This document shows positions 32,410 through 46,239 of a stretch of DNA of 64,000 nucleotides, in pieces. Position 1 is the first letter of the stretch; each line of letters opens with the position of its first letter. The notes beneath the pieces were generated by a model, which worked only from the letters and a program-made list of their open reading frames with translations, did no database searches and was not told the DNA's origin. A program made the translations under genes and the position numbers. Source of the DNA: the human T2T-CHM13v2.0 reference genome, Homo sapiens; assembly GCF_009914755.1 (NCBI RefSeq), contig NC_060930.1, one strand, 5' to 3'.

Positions 32410-32645
32410 GGCACTGTATCATTAGCAGGCACTTTATAGATAGTAGCTAACTTTATTTAAATCTCACAATAATGCTCTAAGTCAGGTACTGTTATTATCT
32501 ATATTTAACAGATGGGGAAACAGAGGCACAGAAAAGCTAAACAACTGCTCAGACATATTGCTAATGAATGGCAGATTCACGGTTCACACCCAGGCAGTGT
32601 GGCTCCAAAGTCTGTGCTCTTAAACCACTGTGTTCTGCTGCCTAT
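32410..32645 (-). mobile_element. MIR
   Basis: 'acagatggggaaacagaggcacagaaaagctaa'. Confidence 0.8.
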
Positions 32646-33785
32646 GTGGAATCCTTTGGTATTTCTGACTACACTATTCATTTGTCAATAAGCTGCTTTG
32701 AGATATCTCTTCAATTATTAGGTTACAGGACATACTTATGTCTTTTCTCCCCAATTAGAGAAATTTCTTAGACAGCAGAGGGTGAACTTTTAATTATTTT
32801 GATTTCTCCGCAATTACTAATCACTATCAATAAATATTAATTTATAAATTAAATATAAAATATAAGAAAGTGACAGAAATAAGAGTAACTAGCCAAGATT
32901 TTAAAATCTGAGAGGTGACTTCAAACAATTTTTAAGTATACAAAAGGTTTAATTAAAGGAAAGTGGTTTTTAGCTGAGTTTCCATTTCCAAATGATAGAA
33001 CAGTATCAGGAAAAAACTAATTATTACATATTATGAAATGTAAGATATACTGAAAAATTTTTCTTCTCCTTAGAATTCATAAGAAGTTAAAAAAATCCCA
33101 GAAAAAAACTGAGTAGTCTTGCCTGAAAGTAGAGAAATGGATTAGTATTAGAACAGTAAGCACGTAGCAAGAATTAAATCAATGTTTATTTAACAAATGA
33201 ATGAGCTACCTTGACCACAAAATTATCTAAGTTGTCCCTTATAGAACATGATTTTAATGCAGAACTGTAGTCCAGTAAGTCCAACATTATGAGTCTTCTG
33301 AAAAATGTACACAATGACTAAATAACATAGGGTTATTTAGTTCTATCCATTTAGAAACTGAAACTGGTTTTAGTTTTGCCATAGCTGATATTCATTTTGG
33401 CAATATTTAAGTAACAAATTCAGTCACTTCTTGAAGCCACCCTTGCTTGATAAACATTATAAAATTAACCCACAAAGAGTTTTGAACTCTGCCCTCTAGC
33501 TAAGTTTTTCAAGACTCACAATAAAGGAGTCAACAGAGATCAGAATAATTCATTCCTTCCTTTTGTCCTTCCTTCCTCTCTTTATCTCTCTGTATCTGGA
33601 GTAGCTGGTAGTGTCAAACAAAGGAAGGCCAGCAAAACTGACTAGCTGGTTAGTGTCTGGGTGATCAGGCCCTTTGAGATGACTCACCCTTAGTAAAATT
33701 TATTTAAGACTGACATAGGCACTAGAATGGTTTATTATTTTAATATTTTGTCACATGGGGGATATCATGATGGCACGATCAGCAC

Positions 33786-35963
33786 TGATATGGTTTGGCT
33801 GTGTCCCCACCCAAACCTCATCTTGAATTGTAATCCCCATGTGTCGAGGGAGAAAGTTAGTTGGATCACAGGGGTAGTTTCCCCTACACTGTTCTCATGA
33901 CAGTGAGTGAGTTCTCACGAGATCTGATGGTTTTATAATCAGTTTTCCCTGCTCTTGCTCGCTCTCTCTCCTGCAACCTTGTAAAGAAGGTGCCTGCTTC
34001 CCCTTCTGCCATGATTGTAAGTTTCCTGAGGCCTCCCCAGCCATGTGGATCTATGAGTCAATTAAACCTCTGTCCTGTAAAAATTACCCGGTCTCAGGTA
34101 GTATCTTTATAGCAGTGTGAAAATGGACTAAAACAGTTAATTGGTACCAAGGTAGTGGTGTACTGCTATAAAGATACAGAGAATGTGGAAGCCACTTTGG
34201 AACTGGGTAACAGGCAGAGACTGGAACAATTTGGAGGGCTCAGAAGAAGACAGGAAGATGAAGTTTGGAACTTCCTAGAGACTTGTTGAATGGTTTTGAC
34301 CAAAATGCTGATAGTGATATGGACAATAAAGTACAGGCTGAGGTGGTCTCAGATGGAGATGAGGAACTTACTGGGAAATGGAGTAAAGGTCACTCTTGCT
34401 ATGCTTTAGCAAAGAGACTGGCAGCACTGTGCTCCTGCTTTAGGAATCTGTTGAACTTTGAACTTGAGGGAGATGATTTCTTCTGGAGGAAGAAATTTCT
34501 AAGCAGCAAAGCATTCAAGATATGGCCTGGCTGCTTCTAATCGTGCATGCTCATATGTGTGAACAAAAAGATTATCTGAAACTGGAACTAATATTTAAAA
34601 GGGAATAAGAGTGTAAAAGTTTGGAAAATTTGCAGCCTGGCCCTGTAGTAGAAAAGAAAAACCCACTTTCTGGGGAGATATAAAAGCTGGCTGCAGAAAT
34701 TTGCATAAGTAAAGAAGAGCAAATGTTAATAGCCAAAACAATGGGGAAAATGCCTCCAAGGCATTTCAGAGACCTTCACAGCAAACCTCCCATCACAGAC
34801 CTGGATACCCAGGAGAGAAGAATGGTTTTGTGAGCCAGGCCCAGGGCCCTGCTGCTCTGTGCAGCCTTGGGACACAGTGCCCTGTATCGCACCTGCTCCA
34901 GCTCCAGCCACAGCTAAAAGTGGCCAAGGTACAGCTTGGGCTGTTGCTTCAGAGGATGCAAGCTCCAAACACTGGCGGCTTCTAAGTGGTATTAAGCCTG
35001 TGGGTGCACAGAGGGCAAGAGTTGAGGCCTGGGAGCCTGCACCTAGATTTCAGAGGATGTATAGAAACATCTGGATGTCCAGGTAGAAGTCTGCTGCAGG
35101 GGCAGAGCCCTCATGGAGAACCTGTACTAGGGCAATGTGGAAGGGAAATGTGGGGTTGGACCCCCCTACATGGAGTCCCCACTGGGGCACTACCTAGTGG
35201 AGCTTTAAGAAGAGGGCCACTGTCCTCCAGACTCCAGCATGGTAGATCCACTGACAGCTTGCACCGTGCACCTGGAAAAGCCACAGATACCAGACACCAG
35301 CCCATGAAGGAGCTGTCCAAGACTGTGGGAGTGCACCCCTTGCATCAGTCAGCATGCCCCAGATGAGAGACATGCAGCTAAATATCATTTCAGAGCTTTA
35401 AGATTTAATGACTGCCCTGCTGGATTTTGGACTTGCATGAGGCCTGTAGCCCCTTTGTTTTGGCCAATTTCTCCCATTTGGAAGGGGTGTATTTACCCAA
35501 TGCCTGTATCCCCATTGTATCTAGGAAGTAACTAACGTGGTTTTGATTTTATAAGCTCATGGGCAGAAGGGGCTTGCCCTGTCTCAGATGAGACTTTGGA
35601 TTATGGACTATGGACTTTTCAGTTAATGCTGAAATGAGTTAAGACTTTGGGGGACTGTTGAGAAGGCATGATTGGTTTTGAAATGTGAAAAGATGGCTGG
35701 GTGCGGTGGCTCACGCCTGTAATCTTAGCACTTCGGGAGGCCAGGCAGATGGATCATCTGAGGTCAAGAGTTTCAGACCAGCCTGGCCAACATAGTGAAA
35801 CCCCATCTCTACTAAAAACACAAAAAATTAGCTGGGCATGGTGGCATGTACCTGTAATCCCAGCTACCTGGGAGGCTGAGGCAGGAGAATCACTGGAACC
35901 CAGGAGTTAGAGGTTGCAATGAGCCAAGATCGCACCACTGCACTCCAGAGCGAGACTCTGTCT

Positions 35964-35998
<35 letters not shown>

Positions 35999-36404
35999 TG
36001 TGATTTGGTGGGGGCCAGGGCAGAATGATATGACTTGGTTCTGTGTCCTCACCCAAATCTCATGTCTAATTGTAATCCCCATGTATCAAGGGAGGAAACT
36101 GTAATCCCCACATGTCAAGGGAGGGAGGTGACTGGATCACAGGGGCAGTATCCCCCATGCTGTTCTCATGATAGTGAGTGAGTTCTCACGAGAGGTGATC
36201 ATTTTATAAGGCAGTTTTCCCTGCTCTTGCTCACTCTCTCTCCTGCAATCTTGTGAAGGTGCCTGCTTCCCCTTCTGTCATGACTGTATGTTTCCTGAGG
36301 CCTCCCTAGCCATGCAGAACTATGAGTCAATTAAACCTCTTTCCTTTATAAATTACCCAGTCTTGGATAGTATCTTTACAGCAGTGTGAAAAGGGACTAA
36401 TACA
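33786..36404 (+). mobile_element. Full-length THE1D-like MaLR provirus (LTR 33786-34135, internal region, LTR 36026-36404)
   Basis: Two TG...CA LTRs starting tgatatg, MaLR internal sequence, near-identical 5-bp TSD agcac/aggac. Confidence 0.9.
35695..35996 (+). mobile_element. Alu (AluS) inserted in the THE1 internal region
   Basis: Dimer with long poly-A; TSD aaaagat(g). Confidence 0.95.
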
Positions 36405-38282
36405 AGGACATTCTACATTGTAGTTAAACCACATCAATATAAGTCAGAATCATAATCAGAAACCAATTTCCTAGGAAAGGAAAGACTCTATCACCATGAT
36501 TCCCACTTTTTTTTTAATCATGACAAATCACTCTCATGAAAATCAGAAATAGGAAGGCAGAATAAGACAGCCGAACAGAATCCTCCGGTGATCATCCCTC
36601 CAGCAAGAACACCAAATTTAACAACTATCCACATAAAAAAAGCCCCTTCATAAGAATGAAGAGTCAGGTAAGTGATCATAATAATATTATATTAAGGAAA
36701 GAGGCACTGAAGAGGGTAGGAAAGACAGTCTTGAATCACCTACAACATCCCTTCCCCATTCCCCAGTAGTGGCCATGGCCATGTGGCACAAAGAGAGAAT
36801 CTGTGCACTTGGAGGGAGGCAGAGTGTAGTGACTGTGGGACTTTGCATTGGAACTCAGTGCTATTTTGTCACAGTGGAAAGCAGCACTGGGCAGAACTCA
36901 GTTGGCACCTATCAGAGGGAGCATTTAGACCAGCCCTAGCCAGAAAGAAATTGCCCACCCCAGGGCTCAGAACCTGAGTCCTGGCAAGCCCTGCCACCAC
37001 ATGCTAAAGTGTTCCGGGGCCTTCAATGAACTGGAAAGGCAGTCTAGACCACAAGGAATTAAATGTCTATGCAAGTCCTGGTGCTGTGCTGGGCTCGAAG
37101 CCAGTGGACCTGGGGGGCACGTGACCCAGTGATACACAAGCCAGGGTGGCCACGGAAATGCTTGCAACACCCCTCCCCCAATCCCAAGCAGCACAGCTCG
37201 CAGCTCTCAGAGAGACTTCTTACCTCTGTTTGAGAAGAGGAGAGGAGAAGGAAGAGTATTTTGTCTTAACATGGATAACAGCTCAGTCATGGTAGAATAT
37301 GGCACCAGGCAGAATCCTGAGGCCCCCATTCCAGGTGCTAGCTCCCAGATGACACTTCTAAACACATCTTGGGCCAGAAAGGAACTGTTGCCTTGAAGGG
37401 AAGGACCCAGTCCTGGCAGAATTCATTACCTGCTGACTAAAGAGCCTTTGGGCCCTGAATAATTAACAGGAATAGCCAGGCAGGCAGTACTCATTGTGGG
37501 CCTTGGGTAAGACTAAGAGCTGTGCTGGCTTCAGGTGTGTGACCCACCACATTCCCAGCTGTGGTGGATACAGGAAGAGATCCTTTCTGCTTAAGAAAAA
37601 GAGAGACAAGAGTAAATGGGACATTGTCTTGCAGCTTGGGTGCCAGGTTGGCCACAGTGGGATAGAGCACCAAGTGGGCTCCTGGAGTCCCCAGTTCTAG
37701 GCCTTGACTCCTGGGTGGCAATTCTGGACCTGTCCTGGTCCTGAAGGGAGCCCACTGCCCTGAAGGAAGAGACTCAGGACTGGCAGCATTCACTACAAGC
37801 TGACTGAGAAGCCCTTGGGACTTGAATGAACATCAGCCATAGCCAGGCAGTGGTCACTGTGGGGCTTGGGAAAGACCCATTGCTAAGCTGGCTTCAGGTC
37901 TGAATTAACAGCCTGTATCACCCCTCCTCCAGTTCCAGGCATCTCAGCAGAGAGAGACTCCATTTGTTTGGGGGAAAGAAAAGAAGAGTCTCCACCTGGT
38001 AATCCAAGAAATTCTCTTGGATATTACCCAAGACCACCAGGGTGGTACCTCTATGAGTCTGCAAGACCCACAGTGTTACTAAGCTTGGGGTGCCCCCTAA
38101 AGCAGATATAGCTGCAGTGACCAAAGACTTAGATCCCTTTGACTACCTGGGAAGCCTTCCCAAGAAGGACAGATACAGACAAGCCCAGACTGCAAAGACT
38201 ACAACAAATACCTAATCTCAGTGTCCAGACTCTGATGAACACCCACAAGCATTAAGACCATCCAGGAAAACATGACCTCACA

Positions 38283-39203
38283 TGTTGCGGGAAGTCAGGG
38301 ACCCCGAACAGAGGGACTGGCTGGAGCCTCGGCGGAGGAACATAAATTGTGAAGATTTCATAGACATTTATCAGTTCCCAAATAATAACTTTTGTAATTT
38401 CTTATGCCTGTCTTTACTTTAATCTCTTAATCCTGTTATCTTCATAAGCTGAGGATGTACGTCACCTCAGGACCACTATGATAATTGTGTTAACTGTACA
38501 AATTGATTGTAAAACGTGTGTTTGAACAATATGAAATCAGTGCACCTTGAAAAAGAACAGAATAACAGCGATTTTTAGGGAACAAGGGAAGACAACCATA
38601 AGGTCTGACTGCCTGCGGGGTCAGGCAAAAAGAGCCATATTTTTCTTCTTGCAGAGAGCCTATAAACGGACGTGTAAGTAGGGAAGAGATTACTAAATTC
38701 TTTTCCTAGCAAGGAATATTAATATTAATACCCAGGGAAAGGAATGCATTCCTGGGGAGAGGTCTATAAACAGCCACTCTGGGAATGTCTTGTCTTCTGC
38801 AGTTGAGATAAGGACTGAGATACGCCCTGGTCTCCTGCAGTACGCTGGGCTTACTAGGGTCAGGAAAAACTCCACCCTGGCAAATTTGTGGTCAGACCAG
38901 TTCTCTGCTCTAGAACCCTGTTTTCTGTTGTTTAAGATGTTTATCAAGACAATACATGCACCGCTGAACATAGACCCTTATCAGTGGTTCTGCTTTTTCC
39001 CTTTATCCTGTTCCCTCAGAAGCATGTGATCTTTGTTAGACCCTTATTAGTAGTTCTGCTTTCTGCCCTTTGAAGCATGTGATCTTTATACCTACTCCAT
39101 GTTCTTACACCCCCTCCCCTTTTGAAACCCTTAATAAAAACTTGCTGGTCTGAGACTCAGGTGGGCATCACGGTCCTACTGATATGTGCTGTCACCTCTG
39201 GTG
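38283..39203 (+). mobile_element. MER11 (ERVK-class) solo LTR, 3'-truncated
   Basis: Starts tgttgcgggaagtcagggacccc; AATAAA near 39133; terminal U5 segment absent. Confidence 0.85.
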
Positions 39204-40415
39204 ACACCAGAGACCAATCCTGGAGAGACAGAGATAGGTGACCTTTCAGACAGAGAATTCAAAATGGCTGCTTTGAGGAAGCTCAACGAAATCCAAGATA
39301 AAACAGAAGGAATTCAGAATTCTACCAGATAAATTTAATGAAGAGACTGAAATAAAAAGAATCAAGCAGAAATTCTGTAGTTGAAAAGTGCAACTGACAT
39401 ACTGAAGAATGCATCAGAGTCTCTTAACAGCAGAACTGATCAAGCAGAAGAATTAAGTGAGCTTGAAAACTGGCTATTTGAAAGTATACAATCAAAGGAA
39501 ACAAACAAGAAAATAATTCAAAAAAGAATGAAGCACACCTACAAGATCTAGAAAACAGCCTCAAAAGGGAAAATCTAAGAGTTACAAGTTTTAAGGGGTG
39601 GGGGTAGAAAATTTATTCAAAGTGATAATAACTGAACTTTCCAAACCTACAGAAAGATATCAATATTCAAGTACAAGAAGGCTATAGAACACCAAGCAGA
39701 TTCAACCCAAAGAAGACTACCTGAACACATTTAATAATCAAACTTCCGAAGGTCTAGGATAAAGAAAGAAACAACATTCAAAGGAGTTCCAATAGGTCTG
39801 GCAGAAGACTTCTCAGAAGAAACCTCACAGGCCAGGAGAGAGTCGCATGACATATTTAAAGTACTGAAGGAGAAAAACTTTTATCCTAAAACAGTGTACT
39901 CAGCAAAAATATCATTCAAACATGAAGGAGAAATAAAGACATTCCTAGAAAATAAAAGCTGAGGGATTTCATCAACACCAGACATTTCCTACAGGAAATG
40001 CTAAAGGAAGTTCTTCAATCTGAAAGAAAAGGATGTTAATGAGCAATAAGAAATCATCTGAAGGTACAAAACTCACCGATAGAGAATACAAAGAAAAATG
40101 GAATACTATAACAAACACTGTAATTGTGGTATGTAAACTACTTACATCTTAAGTAGACAGACTAAAAGATGAACTGATCAAAAATAGAAACAACAACTTT
40201 TGAAGACAGACAGTATAAGAAGATATAAACAGAAACAGCAAAAAGTTTTAAAAAAGCAGGGAGGTAAAATTAAAGTGTAGAGTTTTTATTAGTTTTCTCT
40301 ATGTTTGTGTATTAGTTTGTTTATGCAATCACTATTAAGTTGTCATCAGTTTAAAATAATGGGTTATATTATTTTCAAGCCTCATGATAACCTCAAATCA
40401 AAAAACCTACAACAG

Positions 40416-41513
40416 GGAGAGGCAGGGAGAAGGCACAGCAAGATGGCTGAATAAAAGGCTCCACTGATTACCCCCACTCCTGCTCCCACAAGGACACCAA
40501 TTTAACAACTATCTACACAGAAAAAGCACTTTCATAAGAACCAAAACTCAGGTGAGCACTCACAGTACCCGGGTTTAACTTCATATCCCTGAAAGAGGTG
40601 CTAAAGAGGATAGGTGTTGAATTGCCAACACCACCCCCTCCCCATCCTGTGGCAGTGGCCACATGATACAGAGAAGGAATCTGTGCAATTAGGAGAGGGA
40701 CAGCAGCAGTTGCAAGGTATTGTACTGAACTCAATGGTGCCCTGTCATAGCAGAAAACAAAACTGGGCTGAACTCAGCTGATGGCCACAACAGCAGGAGC
40801 ATTTAGACCAGTCCTAGCCAGAGGGGAATTGCCAATCCCGGCAGTCAGAACTTGAGTTTCAGTGAGTCTCACCAACGTGGGCTAAAGTTCTCTGGGATCC
40901 TAAATAAACTTGAAAGGCAGTCTAGGCCACAAGAGACTATACTCCTAGGTGAGTTCTAGTGCTGAACTGGGCTCAGAGCCGAGGGACTGAGGGGACAAGT
41001 GACCTACTGAGACACCAGCTAAGGAGGTGTTTTCGCCATCTCTTCCCCAACCACAGGCTGCTCAGCTCACTGCTCCAAAGAGACCCCTTTCTTCCACTTG
41101 AAGAGAGGAAAGGGTACCATAAAGAGGACTTTGTCTTACATCTTGGATACCAGCTCAGCCACAGTAGGATAGGGACCAGTCAGAGTCCTCAGGCCCCTTT
41201 TCCAGGACTTAGCTCTCAGATGACATGTCTAGATGTACCCTGGCCAGGAAGGCAACCTGCTGCCTTGAAGGGAAGAACCCAGTCCTCGAAGGATCCATCA
41301 CCTGCTGACTAAAGAGCCCTTGGACCCTGAATAACCAGCAGCAATACCCAGGCAGTATGCCATGGGCCTTGGATGAGACTCAGCATATCCCCAGCTGTGG
41401 TGGCTACAGGGAGAGACTCCTTCTGCTTGAGAAAAGTGAAAGGAAAAGTAAGGGGGACTTTGTCTTGCACTTAAGTACCACCTTGGCCACAGGCGAGTAG
41501 AGCACAAAGTGGG
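40416..41513 (+). mobile_element. Second L1 5'UTR segment embedded in the inter-ORF region
   Basis: Collinear with the 5'UTR starting at 36552 ('caccaa(a)tttaacaactatc', 'gcatttagaccag', 'cctgctgactaaagagcc'). Confidence 0.85.
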
Positions 41514-43643
41514 CACCTTCACTAAAAGGAAGACAGGAATGAAGAGAAGAACACAGAACAACCAGAAAACAAAAAACAAAATGGGAGGAGTAAGCAATTA
41601 CTTACCAATGATAACAGTGAATGTAAATGGACTAAACTCTCTAATCAAAAGACAAAGAATGGTTGAATGGATTAAAAAATAATAATAATAATAAAAAAAC
41701 CAAGACCCAACAATCTGTTGCCTACAAGAGACATACTTCACCTATAAAGATACACATAGACTGAAAATAAAGGGATGGAAAAAGACATTCCATGCTAATG
41801 GAAACCAAAAAGAACAGGAGTAGCTATACTTATATCAGACAAAATAGATTTCAAGACAAAAACTATAAGAAGACACAAAGAAGTCACTATATACAATAAA
41901 GGGGTCAATTCAGTAAGAGGGTATAACAATTATAAATATATTTGCACCCAACACTGGAGCACTCAGATATATAAAGCAAATATTAAAGCTAAAGAGAGAG
42001 ACTCTATTAGAATCACAGCTGGAGACTTCAACACCCCGCATCCAACAATGAACAGATCTTCAACAAAGAAATGTCAGGCTCAATCTGCACTTACAGACCA
42101 AATGACCTAATAAATACTTACAGAAAATTTCATCCAATGGCTGCAGAATACACATTCTTTTCCTCAGCATATGGAACCTTATCAAGGATAGACCATATGT
42201 TAGGTCACAAAAAAGTCTTAAAACATTCAAAAAATTAAAATAATATCAAGCATCTTTTCTGATCACAATGGAATAAAACAAATCAATAACAAAAGGAATT
42301 CTGAAAACTACACAAACACATGCAAATTAAACAATATGCTCTGAATGACCAGTGAGTCAATGAAGAAATTAAAAAGGAAATTGAAAAATTTCTTCAAACA
42401 AATGATAATGAAAACACAACATACCAAAACCTATGGGATTCAATGAAAGCAGTAGTAGGAGGAAAGTTTATAGCTGTAAGTGCCTACATCAAAAAAGAAA
42501 AACTTCAAGTAAACAACCTAATGATGCATCTTAAAGAATTAAAAAAGAGCAAATCAAACCAAAAATGAGTAAAAGAAAATAAATAAAAATCAGAGCAGAA
42601 ATAAATGAAACTGAAACAAACAAACAAACCAATTGGAAAGACTGATGAAACAAAGACTTGGTTTTTTGAAAAGATAAAATTGACAGATCTTTAACCTAAC
42701 TAAGAAAAAAAGAGAGAAGATAAAAAAAATCAGAGATGAAAAATGAGACTTTACAACTGATACTGCAGAAATTCAAAGGATCATTAGAGGCTGCTATGAG
42801 CAACTATATGCCAATAAATTGGAAAACCTAGAAGAAATGCATCATTCCCTAGACACATAAAACCTACCAAGATTGAACCATGAAGAAATCCAAAATTTAA
42901 ACAGACCAGTAATAAGTAATGCAATCAAACCCATTAAAAATTCTCCCAGCAAAGAAAAGCCTGGGACCCGATGGCTTCACTGCTGAACTCTACCAAACAT
43001 TTAAACAAAAACTGATACCAATTCTACTCAAACTGTTCAAAAAAAAAAAAAAAATAGAGGAGGAGGGAATACTTCCAAACTCATTCTATAAGGCCAGTAT
43101 TACCCAATACCAAAACCAGACAAAGACACATCAAAAAAAGAAAACTACAGGTCAATATCCCTGATGAACATTGATACAAAAATATACAACAAAATACTAG
43201 CAAAAGGAATTGAACAAAACATTAAAAAGTTCATTCATCATGACTGGAATTAATCCCAGGGGTGCAAGGATAGTTTAACATATGGAAATAAATCAATGTG
43301 ATACATCATATCAACAGAATGAGGACAAAAACCACATGATCATCTCAATTGATGCTGAAAAAGCATTTGATAAAATTCAACTCCCTTCATGAGAAGAACC
43401 CTCAAGAAACTGGGTACAGAAGGAACATACTTCAACATAATAAAAGCCATATAAGGCAGACATGCAACTAGTATCATACTGAATGAGGAAAAACTGAAAT
43501 CATTTCTTCTAAGATCTGGAACATGATAAGGATGCCCACTTTCACCACTGTTATTCAGTGTAGTAGTGGAAACCCTAGCCAGAGCAATCAGATAACAGAA
43601 AGAAATAAAGAGCATCCAATTTGGAAATGAAGTCAAATTATCC

Positions 43644-44159
43644 TTGTTTGAAGAGGATATGATCTTACATTTGGAAAAATCTAAAGACTCCATCAAAAAA
43701 CTATTAGAACTGATCAATTCAGTAAACTTGCAATATAGAAAATCAACATACAAAAATCAGTTGCATTTCTATACACCAATGGCAAACAATCTGAAAAAGA
43801 AAGTAATCCCATTTACAACAGGTACACATAAAATTAAATACCTAGGAAATAAGTTAACCAAGGAAGTGAAAGATCTCTACAATGAAAACTATAAAACATT
43901 GATGCAAGAAATTGAAGAGGACACAAAAAAATGGAAAGATATTTCATGTTCATGGACTAGAAGAATCAATATTGTTAAAATGTCCATATTACCCAAAGCA
44001 ATCTACAGATTCAATGCAATCATAATCAAAATACCAATGACATTTTTGACAGAAATAGAAATTACAATCCTAAAGTTTATATGGAACCATAAAAGACCCA
44101 GAAGAGCCAAAGCTATCCTAAGCAAAGAGGACACAACTGAAGGGAATCACATTACCTGA
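43644..44159 (+). pseudogene. L1 ORF2 reverse-transcriptase relic
   Basis: [10 protein letters not shown] (degenerate FADDMILYLE), IKYLG and KAIYRFNAI motifs; frameshifted. Confidence 0.9.
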
Positions 44160-46239
44160 CTTCAAATTAAATGACAAAGCTAAAGTAACCAAAACAGCAT
44201 GTTACTGGCATTAAAAAACAGATACATAGACCAACGGAACAGAATTGAGAATCCAGAACAAATCCACACACCTACAGTGAACTCATTTTCAACAAAGGTG
44301 CCAAACACATACACTGGGAAAAGGACAGTATCTTCAATAAATGGTGCTGGGAAAACTGGATATCCATATGCAGAAAAATGAAACTCTGTCCACAACAAAA
44401 ACCAAGTCAAAATGGATTAAAGACTTAAATCTACTATCTCAAACTATGAAACTACTAAAACAAAACACTGAGGAAACCCTCCAGGACATGGAGGGAGCAA
44501 AGATTTCTTGAGTAATCCTCCAAAAGCATAGGCAAGCAAAGCAAAAATGGATAAATGGGATCATATCAAGTTAAAAAGCTTCTGCACAGCAAAAGAAACA
44601 ATCAACAGAAACAACTCACATAATGGGTGAAAATATCTGCAAACTATCCATCTGACAAGCAATTAATAACTAGAATAAATAAGGAGCTCAAACAACTCTC
44701 TAAGAAAAAAATCTAATAATCCACTGAATAGACATGTCTCAAAAGAAGACATACAAATGGCAAACAGGTATAAAGAAAGATGCTCAACATCACTGATCAC
44801 CAGAAAAATGCCATTCAAAACTGAAATGAGGTATCATCTCATCCCAGTTAAAATGGCTTTTATCCAAAAGACAGGCAATAATAAATGCTGTCAATGATGT
44901 GGAGAAAAGGGAACCCTCGTACACTGCTGGTGGAAATGTACATTAGTACAAACCATTATGGAGAACAGTCTGGAGATTCCTCACAAAACTAAACACAAAA
45001 CTACCATATGATTCAGCAATCCCACTGCTAGGTATATACCCAAAAGAAAGGAAATCAGTATATCAGAGAGTTATCTGTACTCCCATATTTACTATAGCAC
45101 TATTCACAATAGCCAAAATTTGGAAGCAACCTAAGTGTCCATCAACTGACGAATGGATAAAGAAAGTGAGGTACACAGTGGAGTAATATTCAGCCATAAA
45201 AAAAGAATAAGATCCTATCATTTGCACAACATGGATGAGGTTATTATGTTAAGTGAAATAAGCCAGGCACAGAAAGACAAACTTCATGTGTGCTCTCATA
45301 TTTGTGAGGCTAAAAAAATGAAAACAATTGAACTCGTGGAGACAGAAAGTAGAATCATGGTTACCAGAGGCTGAGAAGAGTGCTGGGGGTGGAGGAAAGT
45401 GGGGATGCTTAATGGGTACAAAAATCTAGTTAGATAGAATGAATAAGATCTAGTATTTGACAGCACAATAGGGTGACTACAGTCAACAATAATGTATTAC
45501 ACATTTTAAAATGGCTAAAAGAGTATCACTGGATTGTTTGTAACACAGAAAAAAGAACAAATACTTGAGATGATGAATATCCCATTTACCCTGAGGTGAT
45601 TATTACACATTGTATGCCTGTATCAAATATCTTATGTAACTCAGAAATATAAACATCTACTATGACCCACAAAAATTAAAAATAATTTTTTTAAAAAATT
45701 GGAAATACTTGTAGACTGTAGAATTGTTGCACTGTTTTGTGTATAGAGAATTATACAGGAATTATGGGGGTGCTTGACAAGTCTCTACTCCAAAAAACAG
45801 AGTTAAACGATCCAAATGAACAAAGGCATCAGACTACAATAGCCATACTCTTAACCTTGGAAACAACCACTCCCCTATGAAGTGCTTAGATATACTCTAC
45901 CAGAATTTATCTCAGTTTGAATTTCTTTTTATTATCTTCCACAAATGGCCAGCAGGCCTTCTGATGGACGTATTTTTGTGGATATGTAAATATACACAAA
46001 TTATCAAAGACTCCTGCAGGGCAGGAAACAATTCTATCAATTTCTGCAGATTTTTCAGAACTAATGTATCTGGTTAATCTTCCATTTTAACACAAGGGCA
46101 AGCATATCTCTTTAATTTTTTACTTATTTTCGAGAGGTGAGAATGGGGAGTTAGAGAAAGTGCTTCATTTTGGCTCCAAGGTATTGACAATATGACATGG
46201 AATTTTATGCTATGCACAAAGAAAACATTAGATAAAAGA

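Larger units (their letters stand above)
36552..45694 (+). mobile_element. Full-length decayed L1 (L1MA2/3-like) with internal insertions
   Basis: 5'UTR, ORF1 relic (about 38200-40040), ORF2 relic (about 41580-45100) and L1MA 3'UTR; TSD aaaatcagaaata/aaaattggaaata. Confidence 0.9.

Noticed and set aside
32399-32433. Short tandem duplications (here and at 47039 and about 56174) as a possible array
   Set aside because: Two-copy slippage products without spacers; no CRISPR-like or satellite structure
34265-35388. Cluster of ORFs in a GC-richer segment
   Set aside because: THE1 internal-region relics, not host genes
42919-44410. L1 ORF2 fragments as an active retrotransposon
   Set aside because: Multiple stops and frameshifts, and the catalytic FADD motif has decayed to FEED
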